Source of the DNA: Malacoraja senta
Lineage: Eukaryota
Assembly: GCA_038087875.1 (NCBI GenBank)
Contig: CM075989.1
Location: forward strand, 21,764,001 to 21,828,000
Direction of reading: 5' to 3'
Length of the DNA stretch: 64,000 nucleotides
Both the position numbers and the translations under genes were made by a program. This document shows positions 25,641 to 38,328 of this stretch, in pieces. The first letter of the stretch is position 1; each line of letters begins with the position of its first letter. The notes beneath the pieces were generated by a model. It saw only the letters and a program-made list of their open reading frames with translations. It was not told the DNA's origin and searched no databases.

Positions 25641-28280
25641 ATCAAGAGTTTATTGTCAAATGTCCCGGACGGGACAATGAAATTCTTACTTGCTGCAGCA
25701 CAACAGAAGATGTGAATATGCAAACATTGTCTACTAGGGAGGAGGAGGAGCTATCTTGGGGAACGGCTGCTAACCAGCAGACGTCCGTTCAATTCACTTT
25801 TTAATTTAGTTTTTAGTTTTTTTCCTGTCTATGTCCAGGGGAATTTTGACTTTTAATGTAAGGGGGAAACTATCTCTAGGTCCCTACCTGGTCGGTGAGG
25901 CAGCTTTTTCTCCGGGCTGCCCCGTCGACCCGTCCTTGCGGCCTACCAGCGGGCGTGGAGCGTTGTATTCCTGGCTGGGACCGACCAGCACCTTCAGCTT
26001 CGGTGGCGGCACAGCGCTGGAGCGCTATCGCGTAGCGGAGCGGAGCGGGCGATGCCTTGCCTGATCGACGCGCTGGAGCTCCGGTGAGCTGTGACCGCCG
26101 AGCTCAACACCTCCGGGCTGCGGGACTGCGGAGCGACCAGCCGCGGGCGGCGGCGCCGACTCCAACATCGGGAGCCTCGGAGCTCCAAATCGGCGCGGCC
26201 TTGTCGGCTTCAGGTGCCACGGACTCCGGTAGGAGATCGGCCGTTCCAGCCGTCCCAGCCGCTGCGAGGACTCTCCCGACGCCGGAACAACTGCACCCGG
26301 CGAGAACGGCCAGGAACATCGGGCCTCTGTAGAGGCAACTGTGGAGGCCTCAATAGGCCTGACTTTGGGTGAACTGGGGTTGGGGACTGGACATTGTGCC
26401 TCCCCCCACAGTGGTAATCATTGTGGGGGGATGATTTTGTGTGTAATGTGTAGTGTCTATGTTAGTCTTTGTCCAAGATGGCGGTCGGAAGAGAGAGTGG
26501 ACGCTGGCGCGCTTTAGCAGCCGCTGCTCTCTCTTCCATATTGTGTTTTTGATTTTTGTTTTTGGATTTAATTCTATCTTTAATTTGTGTACTGGTGATG
26601 TCTTTGCTATTTATTTCATTCCGCTTACATGTTTCTACACTATTTGTTAAACTTTGTAAGGTGTCCTTGAGACTTTGTGAAAGGCACCCATGAATAAAAT
26701 CTATTATTATTATTATTATTATTGTATATAACGGGAAAAAAAGGAAAAAGTTCAATAAATAACAAATATAGTGCAAATAACAAATAATAATATAATCTTT
26801 TGCAGTTCAGAGCTCAAAGCTTATTCATTGTGTTTAATAGCCTGATGGCTGCAGGGAAGAAGCTGTTCCTGAACCTGGACGTTACAGTCTTCAGGCTCCT
26901 GTACCTTCTTCCTGATGGCAGTGGTGAGATGAGTGTGTGGCCAGGATGGTGTGGGGCCTTTGATGACGTTGGCTGCCTTTTTGAGGCAGCGACTACGATA
27001 GATCCCATCGACGGTGGGGAGGTCAAAGCTGGTGATGGACTGGGCAGTTGTCACAACTTTTTGTAGTCTTTTTTGCTCCTGGACGTTCAAGTTGCCGAAC
27101 CAGGCCACGATGCAACCAGTCAGAATGCTCGCTACCGTGCACCTGTAGAAGTTTAGGGGAATCCTCTTCGACATGCCGAATCTCCGTAATCTTCTCAGGA
27201 AGTAGAGTCGCTGATGTGCCTTCTTTATAATTGCATCGGTGTGCTGGGTCCAGGAAAGATCTTCTGATATATGCACGACCAGGAATTTGAAGTTATTGAC
27301 CCTCTCCACCATCGTCCCGTTGATCTGAACACGATTGTGGGTCCTCATCCTTCCCCTACTAAAGTTCACAATCAGTTCCTTGGTCTTACTGATGTTGAGA
27401 GCCAGGTTGTTGTGCTGGCACCATTTTGTCAGTCGGGCGATCTCACATCTATACTCTGACTCATCCCCATCTGTGATTCGTCCAACCACAGTGGTGTCAT
27501 CGGCGAACTTGATGATGGAGTTCGCACTATGACCTGCTACGCAGTCATGGGTATAGAATGAGTAAGGCAGAGGGCTGAGCACGCAGACTTGAGGAGCTCC
27601 CGTACTAATTGTTACTGTGGATTAAGTGGTTCCTCCAATTCGAACCGACTGTGGTCTGTGGATGAGGAAGTCGAGGATCCAATTGCAGAGGGATGCGCAG
27701 AGGCCCAGTTCCGTGAACTTGGTAACCAGCTTGGAAGGGATGATGGTATTAAACGTCGACCTGTAGTTTATAAACAACAGCCTGACGTAGGTGGGTTTTT
27801 TATCCAAGTGGCCCAGTACGGAGCAGAGAGCCACTGAAATTGCATCCTCCGTTGACCTGTTGTGGCGGTAAGAGAACTGTAGTTGGTCGAGGTTCTTGTC
27901 GACGTAGGAGTTGATGTGCACCATAACCAACCTCTCAAAGCACTTCATCACCACAGACGTTAGTGCCACTGGTCGATAGTCATTGAGGCACGTCACCTTA
28001 CTCTTCTTGGGCACCGGTATTATTGATGCCCTCTTAAAGCAGGTGGAACCTCAGACCTCAGAAGTGAGAGGTTGAAAATGTCTGCACAGGTCTTGAGAAA
28101 TCGACCGGGTATATCGTCAGGTCCAGGCGCTTTCCGAGGGTTCACCCCCCTGACATCGGCCTCTGTGACTGTGACTGTAACGCCGTCAGGGCGAATGGGG
28201 GCTCGGGAAGGCACATCAGTGTTCTCCCTATCGAACCGTGCGTAGAACGCATTGAGCTCGTCAGGGAGTGAAACTGGTTG
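25641..28280 (-). mobile_element. Rex1/Babar-clade LINE, 5'-truncated, frameshifted RT; 3' UTR split by a 1-kb insertion
   Basis: [72 protein letters not shown] and SRFRNSFFPAAIRLLN spread over several frames. Confidence 0.92.
25731..26720 (+). mobile_element. GC/CpG-rich non-coding retroelement with L2-type 3' tail
   Basis: attgt duplicated at 25726-25730 and 26721-26725; ends gtaaggtgtccttgag...aataaaatc(tat)n; second 3' copy at 48552-48793. Confidence 0.75.
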
Positions 28281-28384
28281 AATGACACGTGGTTTACATG
28301 GGTGGGGGTGGGGGTGGGGAGGGGGGGGAGAGGTCATTAGCGATCTTCTTCTAGAGCTCATTGCTAGTTTTCCACCAAAAGGAA

Positions 28385-28515
28385 GTGATTTTCATAACAT
28401 CTGAATATCCTAAAGCGTTTTGAAGCCAATTAGATAGTTTGAAGTGTAGTCACGGCTGCAATACAGCAATCTAGGATACAGGAAGGTCCCATAAACAATG
28501 CTGAGGTAACCAGTT
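28385..28515 (-). mobile_element. Ancient DeuSINE/SacSINE1-like 3' remnant
   Basis: aaagcgttttgaagccaat...tttgaagtgtagtcac resembles the recalled SacSINE1/AmnSINE-family 3' region. Confidence 0.45.
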
Positions 28516-29835
28516 AAACCATTGCAGCAAAGCTAGAAGTTATCAAATCTCCATGCATTCACATTAAGCACAGCATGTATGAGAAACTATAACTGTGAAA
28601 GCTTCAATACTTTTTTGTAATATAATGCTTCCCAAACCATAAAGAAACATTCAAGATGGGGAAAACATACTGTCAGAAGCAATTACACAAAAATTGCTAA
28701 CAGAACCAAAGTTACAATATTGCAGTGATGGTAATTTTGGATCCAGATTTCCTACAATTGAGACGGAATTTGCCAACCAACCAGGTGCTGGTGGAAAAGG
28801 AGCATATTTGACTATTCATTTTTTTTTTTTTAAACACTAGCTGAGCTTGAAACCACATGAATCCCAAGGACCCAATAATCTACGTCACAGAACTTTGAAT
28901 GAGGTGAACTTGGAGATAATGGATGCTTGCAAAGTTCTATAGCTTCTGCAATTGATTATAGTCATAGAGCGTGGAAACAGGCCCTTCAACCCAACTTGGC
29001 CACAAACTCCGTACAGACAGCACCTGTAGTCAGGATTGAACCCGGGTCTCAGGTGCTGTGAGCGCTATAAGGCAGCAACTCTACCGCTGCGCGAATGTGT
29101 CACTGTTCCTACAATGATCATAAGGTCATAAGTGATAGGAGCAGAATTAGGCCATTCAGGCCATCAAGTCTACTCTGCCATTCAATCATGGTTGAATTCT
29201 ATCTCCCCCTCCTAACCCCATTTTCCTGCCGTCTCCCCGTAGCCCCTGACACTAATCAAGAATTCATGATCATGAATATTTATCGAGAAAACAAAATATG
29301 ATTTATGCTTAAAAATAAATTCATCTTTGTTTCATTCTACAATCCTGCTTTTTTCCCCTAAGAAGAGAAAGATTATTTACTTGAATATGAATCTAAACTA
29401 GAGGTGGGTGGGGGTTGGTGTGATTGGCATTGTAGGAAGTCTTTAATGTGGACATCATCATTTAAATTCATCCTTTGTTTGAATCAATCACAAAAGGAAA
29501 ACTGAAACCTTTCCATAATTCAATTCCTCTGGGTGGACTCAATTCACACTTTGTCTTCTAGAAGTTAGAAAATTAATTATACTTTCTTTAAATATTCAGT
29601 ATTGTCTGACTCCATGTAATGGTAGAATTGATCAATTCATAACAGAAAGGAAGAAATGCTTATATTTTAAGTGCCACACTTATTCAAAATCAGGCTTTGT
29701 TCCTTTTCCAATTTGTCTGAAAAAGTGTTGCCGAAAATGTATTCAGAAGGAAACTCAGGTTTTGACTGGATGATAAGAAGGTTGGAGGTTAGTTGATCAA
29801 AGGTCAAAGTTGATAAGGGATGGATGTCAGACTAA

Positions 29836-30103
29836 AGCCCCTGTCCCACTTACCCGAGTTACTCATGAATTCTCCCGAGTTTTCCCCTTGATTCAAACTC
29901 GGAGAATGTCCGTAGCGAGTCTGTAGGAGTCCGTAGATATTTCGTAGTGACTCGTGATGCCAGCCGTAGGTACTCGGGGAATCAGGTAAGTCGGGACATT
30001 TTTTCATTGAAAAATGTCCAAGAGTTAAAAAAAATAGCCCCGAGTACCTAACTCGAAAACCCGGGAGAATTCGTGACTAACTCGGGAAAGTGGGACAGGG
30101 GCT
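29836..30103. mobile_element. PIF/Harbinger-type MITE
   Basis: About 42-bp TIR AGCCCCTGTCCCACTT.CCCGAGTTA; TAA at 29833-29835 and 30104-30106. Confidence 0.85.
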
Positions 30104-30167
30104 TAAGTGATCATTCAAGTAGGCGATATGCAGAGTACTGCCCTGCCGACTACAAATTCAGAAGATT

Positions 30168-30384
30168 CAGAAGGTAGACAAAAAATGCTGGAGAAACTCA
30201 GCGGGTGAGGCAGCATTTATGGAGAGAAGGAATTGGCGACGTTTCAGGTCGAGGTCTTCAGTCTGGTCTCGACGCGAAAAGTCGGCAATTCCTTCTCTCC
30301 ATAGACGCTGCCTCACCCGCTGAGTTAGTCCAGCATTTTGTGTCTGCCTTCCATTTTACCAGCATCTGCAGTTCTTTCTTAAAC
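30168..30384. mobile_element. PLE-derived fold-back element
   Basis: Inverted arms of about 80 bp plus a ccagcatctgcagttctttc extension. Confidence 0.75.
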
Positions 30385-31069
30385 ATTAATTTAGTTTAGT
30401 TTAGTTTCAAGCCCTTCGGCCCACTGAATCTGCGCCGACCAGGATCCCCGTACACTAACACTATCCTGCACACCCACCTGGTCACGGGGAGAACATAGAA
30501 ACTCCGTACAGACAGCACCCACAGTCAGGATGGAACCCGGGTCACTGGCGCTGTAAGGCAGCCACCATGCACAGCGTATTATTATTTTTTTGTAAACCAA
30601 TATCTGTTGTTCCTTGTGTCTCTATTCCACTCGCATGAAGTACACGTGATAGGAAATGTGTTTGCTTAGACATAGCATCCATCATGTTAACATTCATGGC
30701 CTTGACTGCATCAATATTGACGTTTTAAACTCTTCTGTTATTTCTGATGAAATTTGAAGCTTTAAAAAATGTGCATTCAATTCCAATGGAGGTTCGGTGT
30801 AAGTGCATGCGATAAACCTAGTAATATGCCTGCCAAACATGCATGTCACACAAGCTTGCGTGAAAATGAGGAAAACATAGTCTCAAACGTATCCTCTGGG
30901 CAGGGAGTTACACTGCAAGGCAAACAAACATTTTAGCTAAAAAGTGCTTAACCTTTTGTCTTTAACTACAGTTAAACTGTTTGACCTGACCTCTGAAAAG
31001 TACATAAAAACACAGGTTAATAGTTTAAATATTAACTCGTTCGGTCAGAGATGCCGAACAACTTTCTGC

Positions 31070-31281
31070 AAGATAAACACAAAATGCTGGAGTAATTCAG
31101 CGGGACAGGTAGCATCTCTGGATAGAAGGAATGGGTGATGTTTCAGGTCGAGACCCTTCTCTAGTCCGACCCGAAACATCATCCATTCCTTCTCTCCAGA
31201 GATGCTGCCTGTCCCGCTGAATTACTCCAGCATTTTGTGTCTATCTTCAATGTAAACCAGCATCTGCAGTTCCTTCCTACT
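31070..31281. mobile_element. PLE-derived fold-back element
   Basis: Inverted arms; 11-bp direct repeat actttctgcaa at 31061-31071 and 31282-31292. Confidence 0.8.
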
Positions 31282-31639
31282 ACTTTCTGCAATATTAGAC
31301 AGAGAGAAAAATGAAAGCTGCTGTTTTAAAAACATTAACAGCGTAGAAACAGAGAACTGCAGATGCTGGTTAAGACACAAAGGGACACAAAGTGCATGAG
31401 TAACTCAATGGGTCAGGCAGCATCCTTGGAGAACATGGAATGATGAATTAAGACACTTCATCAGACGGTTCTTCAGCCTGAAGAAGGGTCCTGACTCAAA
31501 ATGTCATCTGTTCTTTTTCTCCATAGATGCTACCTGAGTCAGTCAGTTGCTCCAGTATTTTGTGCCTATCTTTGGTAAAGAAAAAAACAGCGTCTGCAGT
31601 TCCTTTACACACATTTGAAATGTTGGCTCTTTTTCTGAA

Positions 31640-31962
31640 AACAGCTGGAAAGAAACCTTCCCTGAATCTGCTGGTGTGCATTTTCACACCTCTATACGTC
31701 TTGCCTGATGGGAGAAGGGAGAAGGGAGAAGAGGGAGTGGCCGGGGTGCGACTTGTCTTTAATTATGCTGCTGGCCTTGCCGAGGCAGCTTGAGGTATAA
31801 ATGGAGTAAATAGAAGGGAGGTTTTGGTTTGTGTGATGCTCTGGGCTGCGTCCACAATTTGCTGCAATTTCTTGTGGTCTTGGATGGAGCTGTTCCCAAA
31901 CCAAGCTGTGATGCATCCTGATAAAATGCTTTCTATGCTGCATCTGTAGAAGTTCATCCACA
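31640..31962 (-). mobile_element. Rex1/Babar LINE C-terminal fragment
   Basis: NFYRCSIESILSGCITAWFGN...KKLQQIVDAAQSIT; HTSRFREGFFPAV. Confidence 0.85.
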
Positions 31963-33442
31963 TTCTCCGGAGATGCTGCCTGACCCATTGAGTTATTCTA
32001 ACAGTTTGTGCCCTCCATTGTGTAATTAATGTCTTCTAACCCAGAATAACCAAATTATCTTCCTGCAAATATAACCTCAGTTTCAACGGGTTTTTTAAAA
32101 TAGAAAGACATAAAGACATAAGGGTCTCGACCCGAAACGTCGCCCATACCTTCTCTCCAGAGATGCTGCCTCACCCACTGAGTTACTCCAGCATTTTGTG
32201 TCTACCTTCAAGACATAAGGAACTGCAGATGCTGGAATCTTGAGTAAAGCACAATGTGCCGGAGTAACTGAATGGGTCAGTCAGCATCTCTGGAGGGAAT
32301 GGACGGATGAGATGTTGCGTTGGGACAATTCTTGAGACATTAACGCATACAATGCCTTTATTCACCTTAGTGTTCCCGCTTCCTTTCCTCATTGACAACA
32401 CACAAGCGTCGGCCACCCAAAGGGAAAATTTGAATTTAATTAAGAAGTTTAATCTCATCCCAAGCTAAACTGAGCCTGATTTTTTTTAAGAGCTGAAGTA
32501 ATATCATAACATCTGCTGGAATTAACTCACAAGTCGAAGACCACAGAGAATGGTGAGTGGGCGTTTGGTGTTAGATACACTTGCTTCAAATGGAAGTGGG
32601 AGACGTTACCTCAACTTCCAGCTCAGTGGACAGAACCAGGAATTACATTAAAGATACACGCTAAATGCTCGAGTAACTCAGCGGGACAGGCTGCATTTCT
32701 GGAGAGAAGGAATGGATGACATTTTGGGTCGAGACCCTTGACATTAGCTCTGCTGCATTGTACTTCAACATTTGACCAAGTATAACTATGTACGTACAAT
32801 GCTACATTGCAATAATAAGTTTAGTTTAGTTTAGTTTAGAGATACAGCATGGAAACAGGCCCGACCAGCGATCCCCTTACAGTAGTATTATTCTACACAC
32901 TAGGTTTAGAGGGATATGGGGCAAATTCAGGAGAGTGAGACTAGTGTAGATGGGACATGTTGGCCAGTGCAGGTAAGTTGGGCCGAAGGGCCTGTTTCCA
33001 CACTGTATCACTCTATGACCAGGGACAACTTACAATTTTTGCCGGGGCCAATTAATCCACAAACCTGCACGCCTTTGGATTGTGGGAGGAAACTGGAGTA
33101 CTAACATACAAACATTGTACAAAACATTACACTGGCAGCACCCATAGTCAGGATCAAACCCGGGTCTCTGGCGCTTTAAGGCAGCAACTCTACCATGCCG
33201 CCCAATAGTTATAGAATATAAACTGTAAAGGGGAAACTATGAACAGAGAAGATTCCTGTTTCAAGTGTGGAATTTAGCTCACGATGTACACTGGTCCAAG
33301 GCAGGCGGGATGATCTGAAGGGCCTGTTTCCGCGCTGTATCTCTAAATCAAACCTAAACCAAAGTCCACACACCAGCTGATATCAGGCAACTGATTGTCC
33401 TACCACAACCAGAGAACATTGGCTGAACTACTATCTACAGTA

Positions 33443-33628
33443 TTTAAGAAGGAACTGCAGATGCTGGAAAATCAAAGGTACACAAAAATGCTGGAGAAAC
33501 TCAGCGGGTGCAGCAGCATCTATGGAGCGAAGGAGATAGGCAACGTTTCGGCCCGAAACGTTGCCTATCTCCTTCACTCCATAGATGCTGCTGCACCCGC
33601 TGAGTTTCTCCAGCATTTTGGTGTACCT
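33443..33628. mobile_element. Young PLE-derived fold-back element inserted in a Rex1 3' fragment
   Basis: Near-perfect arms of about 75 bp centred on gtttcggcccgaaac; 15-bp direct repeat ctactatctacagta at 33428-33442 and 33627-33641. Confidence 0.85.
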
Positions 33629-35104
33629 ACTATCTACAGTAGGTCTTTGGTGACCCTCGGACTATCATTGATTGGTCTTTGCTGGCTTTACCTTGCACTA
33701 AACGTTATTCCCTAATCATACGTTGTAAATGGGTCGATTGTAATCATGTATTGTCTTTCTGCTGGCTGGTTAGCACGCAACTAAAGCATTTCACTGTACC
33801 TCGGTACACGTGACAATATACTAAACTGACCTGAACTGGGAGATGTTTTGGGTCGGGGCCCTTCTTCAGACTGATTGTATTGGGAGGTAGAAGGGGGATG
33901 AGGAGGGGCGGGGGGGAAGGGGGGGTAGAATGGAACGCAACGGGAACTTGTTTAGAAAAGGTGTGAGGGGATTCTTGAAAAAGAGCCGTGTATATTTAAC
34001 CTCGTCCACTAATCTGAGGGGGGCTTGCCAGGAAATGAACTTTTTAAAAGCCTTGTTACTTCGCGTAATTGTTTGCATGTTTCTGCTGCCACAAATTTGC
34101 TCCATTTTTCAAAGGGCTCCTAATTGCCTGAAAATTACTGCAGTGCGGGGTAGGTGGGGTCAGTCGTCACCGTGGCACATATTTCCCCTCATTTGGGGGG
34201 AAGAAAGAAAAAAAACTGTCGTTCACCAGCGAGTGACCTCGAATTGCCCATTGGCCTGAATTACAAGCACCAATCCAAACAGACAGCTGTGGGTCAGAGG
34301 GGGCAAGTCCTGCTAACGTTCTAATCCAGCTTTAATTCTGCCCTACAATTAATCAAAATGAACTGCCCTTATCTTGCAAGCGACCACAGTCAATTTGTGA
34401 ACCACTTGAGCAGGGGTTAGGTACAAATAGCACATCCTGACCTGTTTAGCGAAGACATTCTTTAGTGGAGGAATGGCCAAAATGCTTTTGAAGTCTCCCA
34501 CCCCCCACCCCCCCCTCCCCCAGGTTGTTTTAACTAGCCGTTTCGAATATAATTTCATCAATCAAGGCACAATGTTGGCCGATTCGAGAGCACCAGTCGT
34601 AGATCTATCATCCCAGCTCATTACGGAATGGCTAAAAAATCCATATGTTAGGTCTGTTTTGTCAGCCGAAAATGGGAAAGGCTGTCAGACCTACCTGGCC
34701 TAAGTATGCGAAGGTTTATCAAACTACAGGACGTGGTAAATGATTTGCGAAGCGCGCAATGTGTGGGTGAGAGGGCAAGAGTAAATCAGAGAGTTAACTA
34801 TCTGCAAAAAGGTACATGGGATGGGAGGAGAACACTTCTCCTGTTAGTCTAGCTTTGACCTTTAAACTCCGAGTTGTAAAAGTGGGCAAATGTGTTTTTT
34901 TTGTGTGTTTTTTCTCCTGAAGACAGGGGGTGTGGTGGGGGTGGGGGCGGGGTGGGGAGAGAGACAAAACAGCCAGGGAGAGAGAAAAAGGTGACTGGGT
35001 CAAGACTGACTGGCTTCAAGAGGTTAAGATAACACAGAGAGATTACTGGCTCTGAACATTGTCACGTTTATTTCTGTCGTTAGATGGAAGGCACTTTGTT
35101 GGAG

Positions 35105-35420
35105 AAGGGTATAAAATCATGAGAGGAATAGATCGGGTAGGTGCACAGAGTCTCTTGCCCACAGTAGGGGAATCGAGGACCAGAGGTGAAGGGGAAAAGA
35201 TTTAATAGGAATCTGAGGGGTAACTTTTTCACACAATGGGTGGTGGGTGTATGGAACAAGCTGCCAGAGGAGGTAGTTGAGGCTGGGACTATCCCAGCGT
35301 TTAAGAAACAGTTAGACAGGTACATGGCTAGGACAGTTTTGGAGGGATATGGACCAAACGCAGGCAGGTGGGACTTATATAGCTGGGACATGTTGGCCGG
35401 TGTGGGCAAGTTGGGCCGAC
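35105..35420 (+). mobile_element. CR1 LINE 3' fragment
   Basis: KRFNRNLRGNFFTQWVVGVWNKLPEEVVEAG. Confidence 0.88.
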
Positions 35421-35437
35421 ATGTCCCAGCTATACTA

Positions 35438-35700
35438 GTGACTGTGTGTCTCTGTGACTCTGTGTCTCTGTGTGTCTGTGTTTCTGTGTCTCTGTGTCTC
35501 TGTGTCTCTGTGACTCTGTGTCTCTGTGACTCTGTGTCTCTGTGTCTCTGTGTCTCTGTGACTCTGTGTCTCTGTGACTCTGTGTCTCTGTGTCTCTGTG
35601 TCTCTGTGTCTCTGTGACTCTGTGTCTCTGTGACTCTGTGACTGTGTATGTGTGACTCTGTGACTCTATTTCTGTGACTCTGTGACTCTATAACTCTGAC
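35438..35700. repeat. (CTCTGTGT/CTCTGTGA)n octamer tandem repeat
   Basis: Directly visible; ends in gactctataactctga. Confidence 0.95.
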
Positions 35701-36359
35701 GATGAGAAATGGCGACATCACCCCCCTTCACCTCCAGGTATCTGACAGAGGAGCCTGATGTTTGGACCCCAGGCCTGCTGTGTGGCTACAAGTTTGACAA
35801 TCCTTGCATCCGGGTCAGGCCGCATGAGATGTGACACCCTCGGGCACTTTATGGATCTCCCCTCACACCAGATAAATGTTTATTGTACCCACGCAACAAA
35901 AGCAATCTTATTATCATGTTAACTAGCGGGAGGACTGTTGGTCCTAAACAACTGTGGTTTTCCACTTCATTACCGACTAATTTAAAGATAAATGAATCTA
36001 CACTTACTAAGCAAATAAGGTCACCTATCAAGCACTTGTAATTTAATTTGTAAACAAGGAGGGGTGGTTCTGCAAGCGTGGGGTGTTGATGGCAGCAAGG
36101 GTATGCTGATGGTGAATGGTGGGACATACTGTTGAAATGGAATGAGAGGGGTGATAGCAGTATTTTGCTCAATTGATACCATGCTGGGTTTTTTGCTCAC
36201 TTTCCCTCCAATTCACACATAATTGGGAGCTAATTAGTGTACACACTCCACTTGCCTGTTGGTTTTCAACCCTTGCTTGAGTTCTGGGGTTGTTCACGAA
36301 AAGCTACAATACACTGAACTTTTTTTTGAAATTGTTAAATGCAAAACCTGGTCAAATGA

Positions 36360-36615
36360 AGTTCGATCCCGGCTACGTCTGTACGGAGTCTGTACGTTCT
36401 CCCCGTGACCGCGTGTGTTTTCTCCGAGATCTTCGGTTTCCTCCCACACTCCAAAGAAGTGCAGGTTTGTAGGTTAGTTGTCTTGGTGTAAATGTAAAAT
36501 TGTCCCTAGTGTGTGTAGGGTAGTGTTAATGTGCGGGGATCGCTGGTCGGTGCCGACTCGGTAAGCTGATGGGCCTGTTTCCGCGCTGTTTCTCTAAAAA
36601 CTAAAAACTAAAAAA
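36360..36615 (+). mobile_element. HE1-like V-SINE, 5'-truncated
   Basis: Runs from B-box gttcgatccc to the tail. Confidence 0.85.
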
Positions 36616-37123
36616 AACTTCCAACCATGAAAAGGCTACTTAATTATCTCTAAAAATAGTCTATGTGATGCATTCTCAGGTACTGCATTGCCATAAAAAG
36701 CTCTCAAAAATCCTTTTTACAAAATATGGACTACATCTTATATCAAAATGATAAATTATTTATTACTTAGCTTCCCATTTGTGAGTGCAGCATGGACAAC
36801 TGCCCAGCAGTGAGTTCAATGCTTCACATGCTGTGATAGTATAAAGAAGTGCCTTTTTTTGTGTCATTTCAGCAAGATCTCAATCTTCACAGCATGTAAA
36901 CAATTTGTCAGTGTTAATCCAGTGCTGTATCTTTAGACTTCAGACCTTTGGAGGGTTTCAAAATCACTGACGGGAGAGAGATTCTGGCGGTTCGCGGCCC
37001 ACTTTGTTTGACTTTGTTTCTTTCTCATCTTCGTGAGGCCTGTCTGAAGAGAAGGAGCCTCCCATTCCTGGTTGCCCGCGCTGAAGGGGAAAGGGGCCAC
37101 TCATCTAGATCACCAGCTTCGGG

Positions 37124-37291
37124 AGACAAAAATGCTGGAGAAACTCAGCGGGTTCAGCAGCATCTATGGAGCGAAGGAAATAGGCAACGTTTCCTATTTC
37201 CTTCGCTCCATAGATGCTGCCGCACCCGCTGAGTTTCTCCAGCATTTTTGTCTACCTTTGATTTTCCAGCATCTGCAGTTCCTTCTTAAAC
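37124..37291. mobile_element. PLE-derived fold-back element
   Basis: Near-perfect inverted arms plus extension. Confidence 0.8.
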
Positions 37292-37475
37292 ACGAGATCA
37301 CCATCTTCCCGCTCAGTGTTTCTGTTTTAGGGTGGCATGGTGGCACAGCGGTAGAGCAACTGCCTTGCAGCGGGTACGATCCTGGCTACGGCTGCCTAGT
37401 TTAGTTTGGTTTAGTTTAGTTTAGCGATACAGCGTGGAAACAGGCCCATCAGTAGATAGTAGTTCAGATAGTAGT

Positions 37476-37571
37476 CTGAAGAAGGGTCTCGACCCGAAAC
37501 ATCATCCATTCCTTCTTTCCAGTAACGCGTGCCTGTCCCGCTGAGTTACTCCAGCTTTTTGTGTCTATCTT
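37476..37571 (+). mobile_element. Single PLE pseudo-LTR unit beginning at the hammerhead core
   Basis: 13-bp direct repeat ttcagatagtagt at 37463-37475 and 37570-37582. Confidence 0.8.
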
Positions 37572-38328
37572 CAGATAGTAGTTCAGCACTGCTCTCTGGT
37601 TGTGGTGGGGTGATTCAGTTGCCTGATAACAGCTGGGGTGTGGCCTTTGGTTTAATTGAGGTAGATATTTGTCACCAATGAGGTACCCTAAAACTAAGGC
37701 TTATAGATTTTGTTATATCCGCTATGGGGAAATGGTTCTTACAGTCTGCCCTATCAAGTTTTGAAAGGTTTCGGCCCGAAACGTTGCCTATTTCCTTCGC
37801 TCCATAGATGCTGCTGCACCCGCTGAGTTTCTCCAGCATTTTTGTGTACCACCTATCAGGTTTTGAGACCTCTTATCAAGCTCCTCTGCTCCAAGACACC
37901 CGTCGAAAGGCCCTGGGCCGAAAGGTCACCCATCCTTACTCGCCAGAGATGCTGCCTGGCCCACTGAGATACTCCAGCACTTTGTGTCTATCTTCAGTAT
38001 AAACCAGCACCTGCAGTTCCTTTCTACACATGTCTTAATATCAAATTGATTATCCATATTAAGCCATTTACTGCGTACCTTATCTATCAAGTCTTATACC
38101 ATTTACGCTGAACAGGAAGTCGATTCCTGATAGGTTTACCCAAAGTGATTGAAACAGAAATCTGTATCAATTAGTGACCACAGCTGTATGAAGTAGGGAG
38201 AGAAGTAATATTTACTGGCACATTGAGAGTTCAGGATGTTAAACCAATTCACTTTCATTTAAGAAGTCACAGTTTACCTATTCTATCAATGAGTATTGTT
38301 GTCAATGCTCTCTCCACAGTATCCAGGA

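Noticed and set aside
25860..26400. CpG-island-like region with several short ORFs, suggesting a gene promoter
   Set aside because: Lies within a TSD-bounded insertion nested in a Rex1 3' UTR; the ORFs have no recognisable homology.
29794..29813. Overlapping TCF/LEF (atcaaag) and DR1-like (aggtca-a-agttga) motifs
   Set aside because: Short isolated motifs expected by chance in 64 kb.
35080..35721. 213-aa ORF with TETQRHRD repeats
   Set aside because: Product of the octamer tandem repeat plus antisense CR1.
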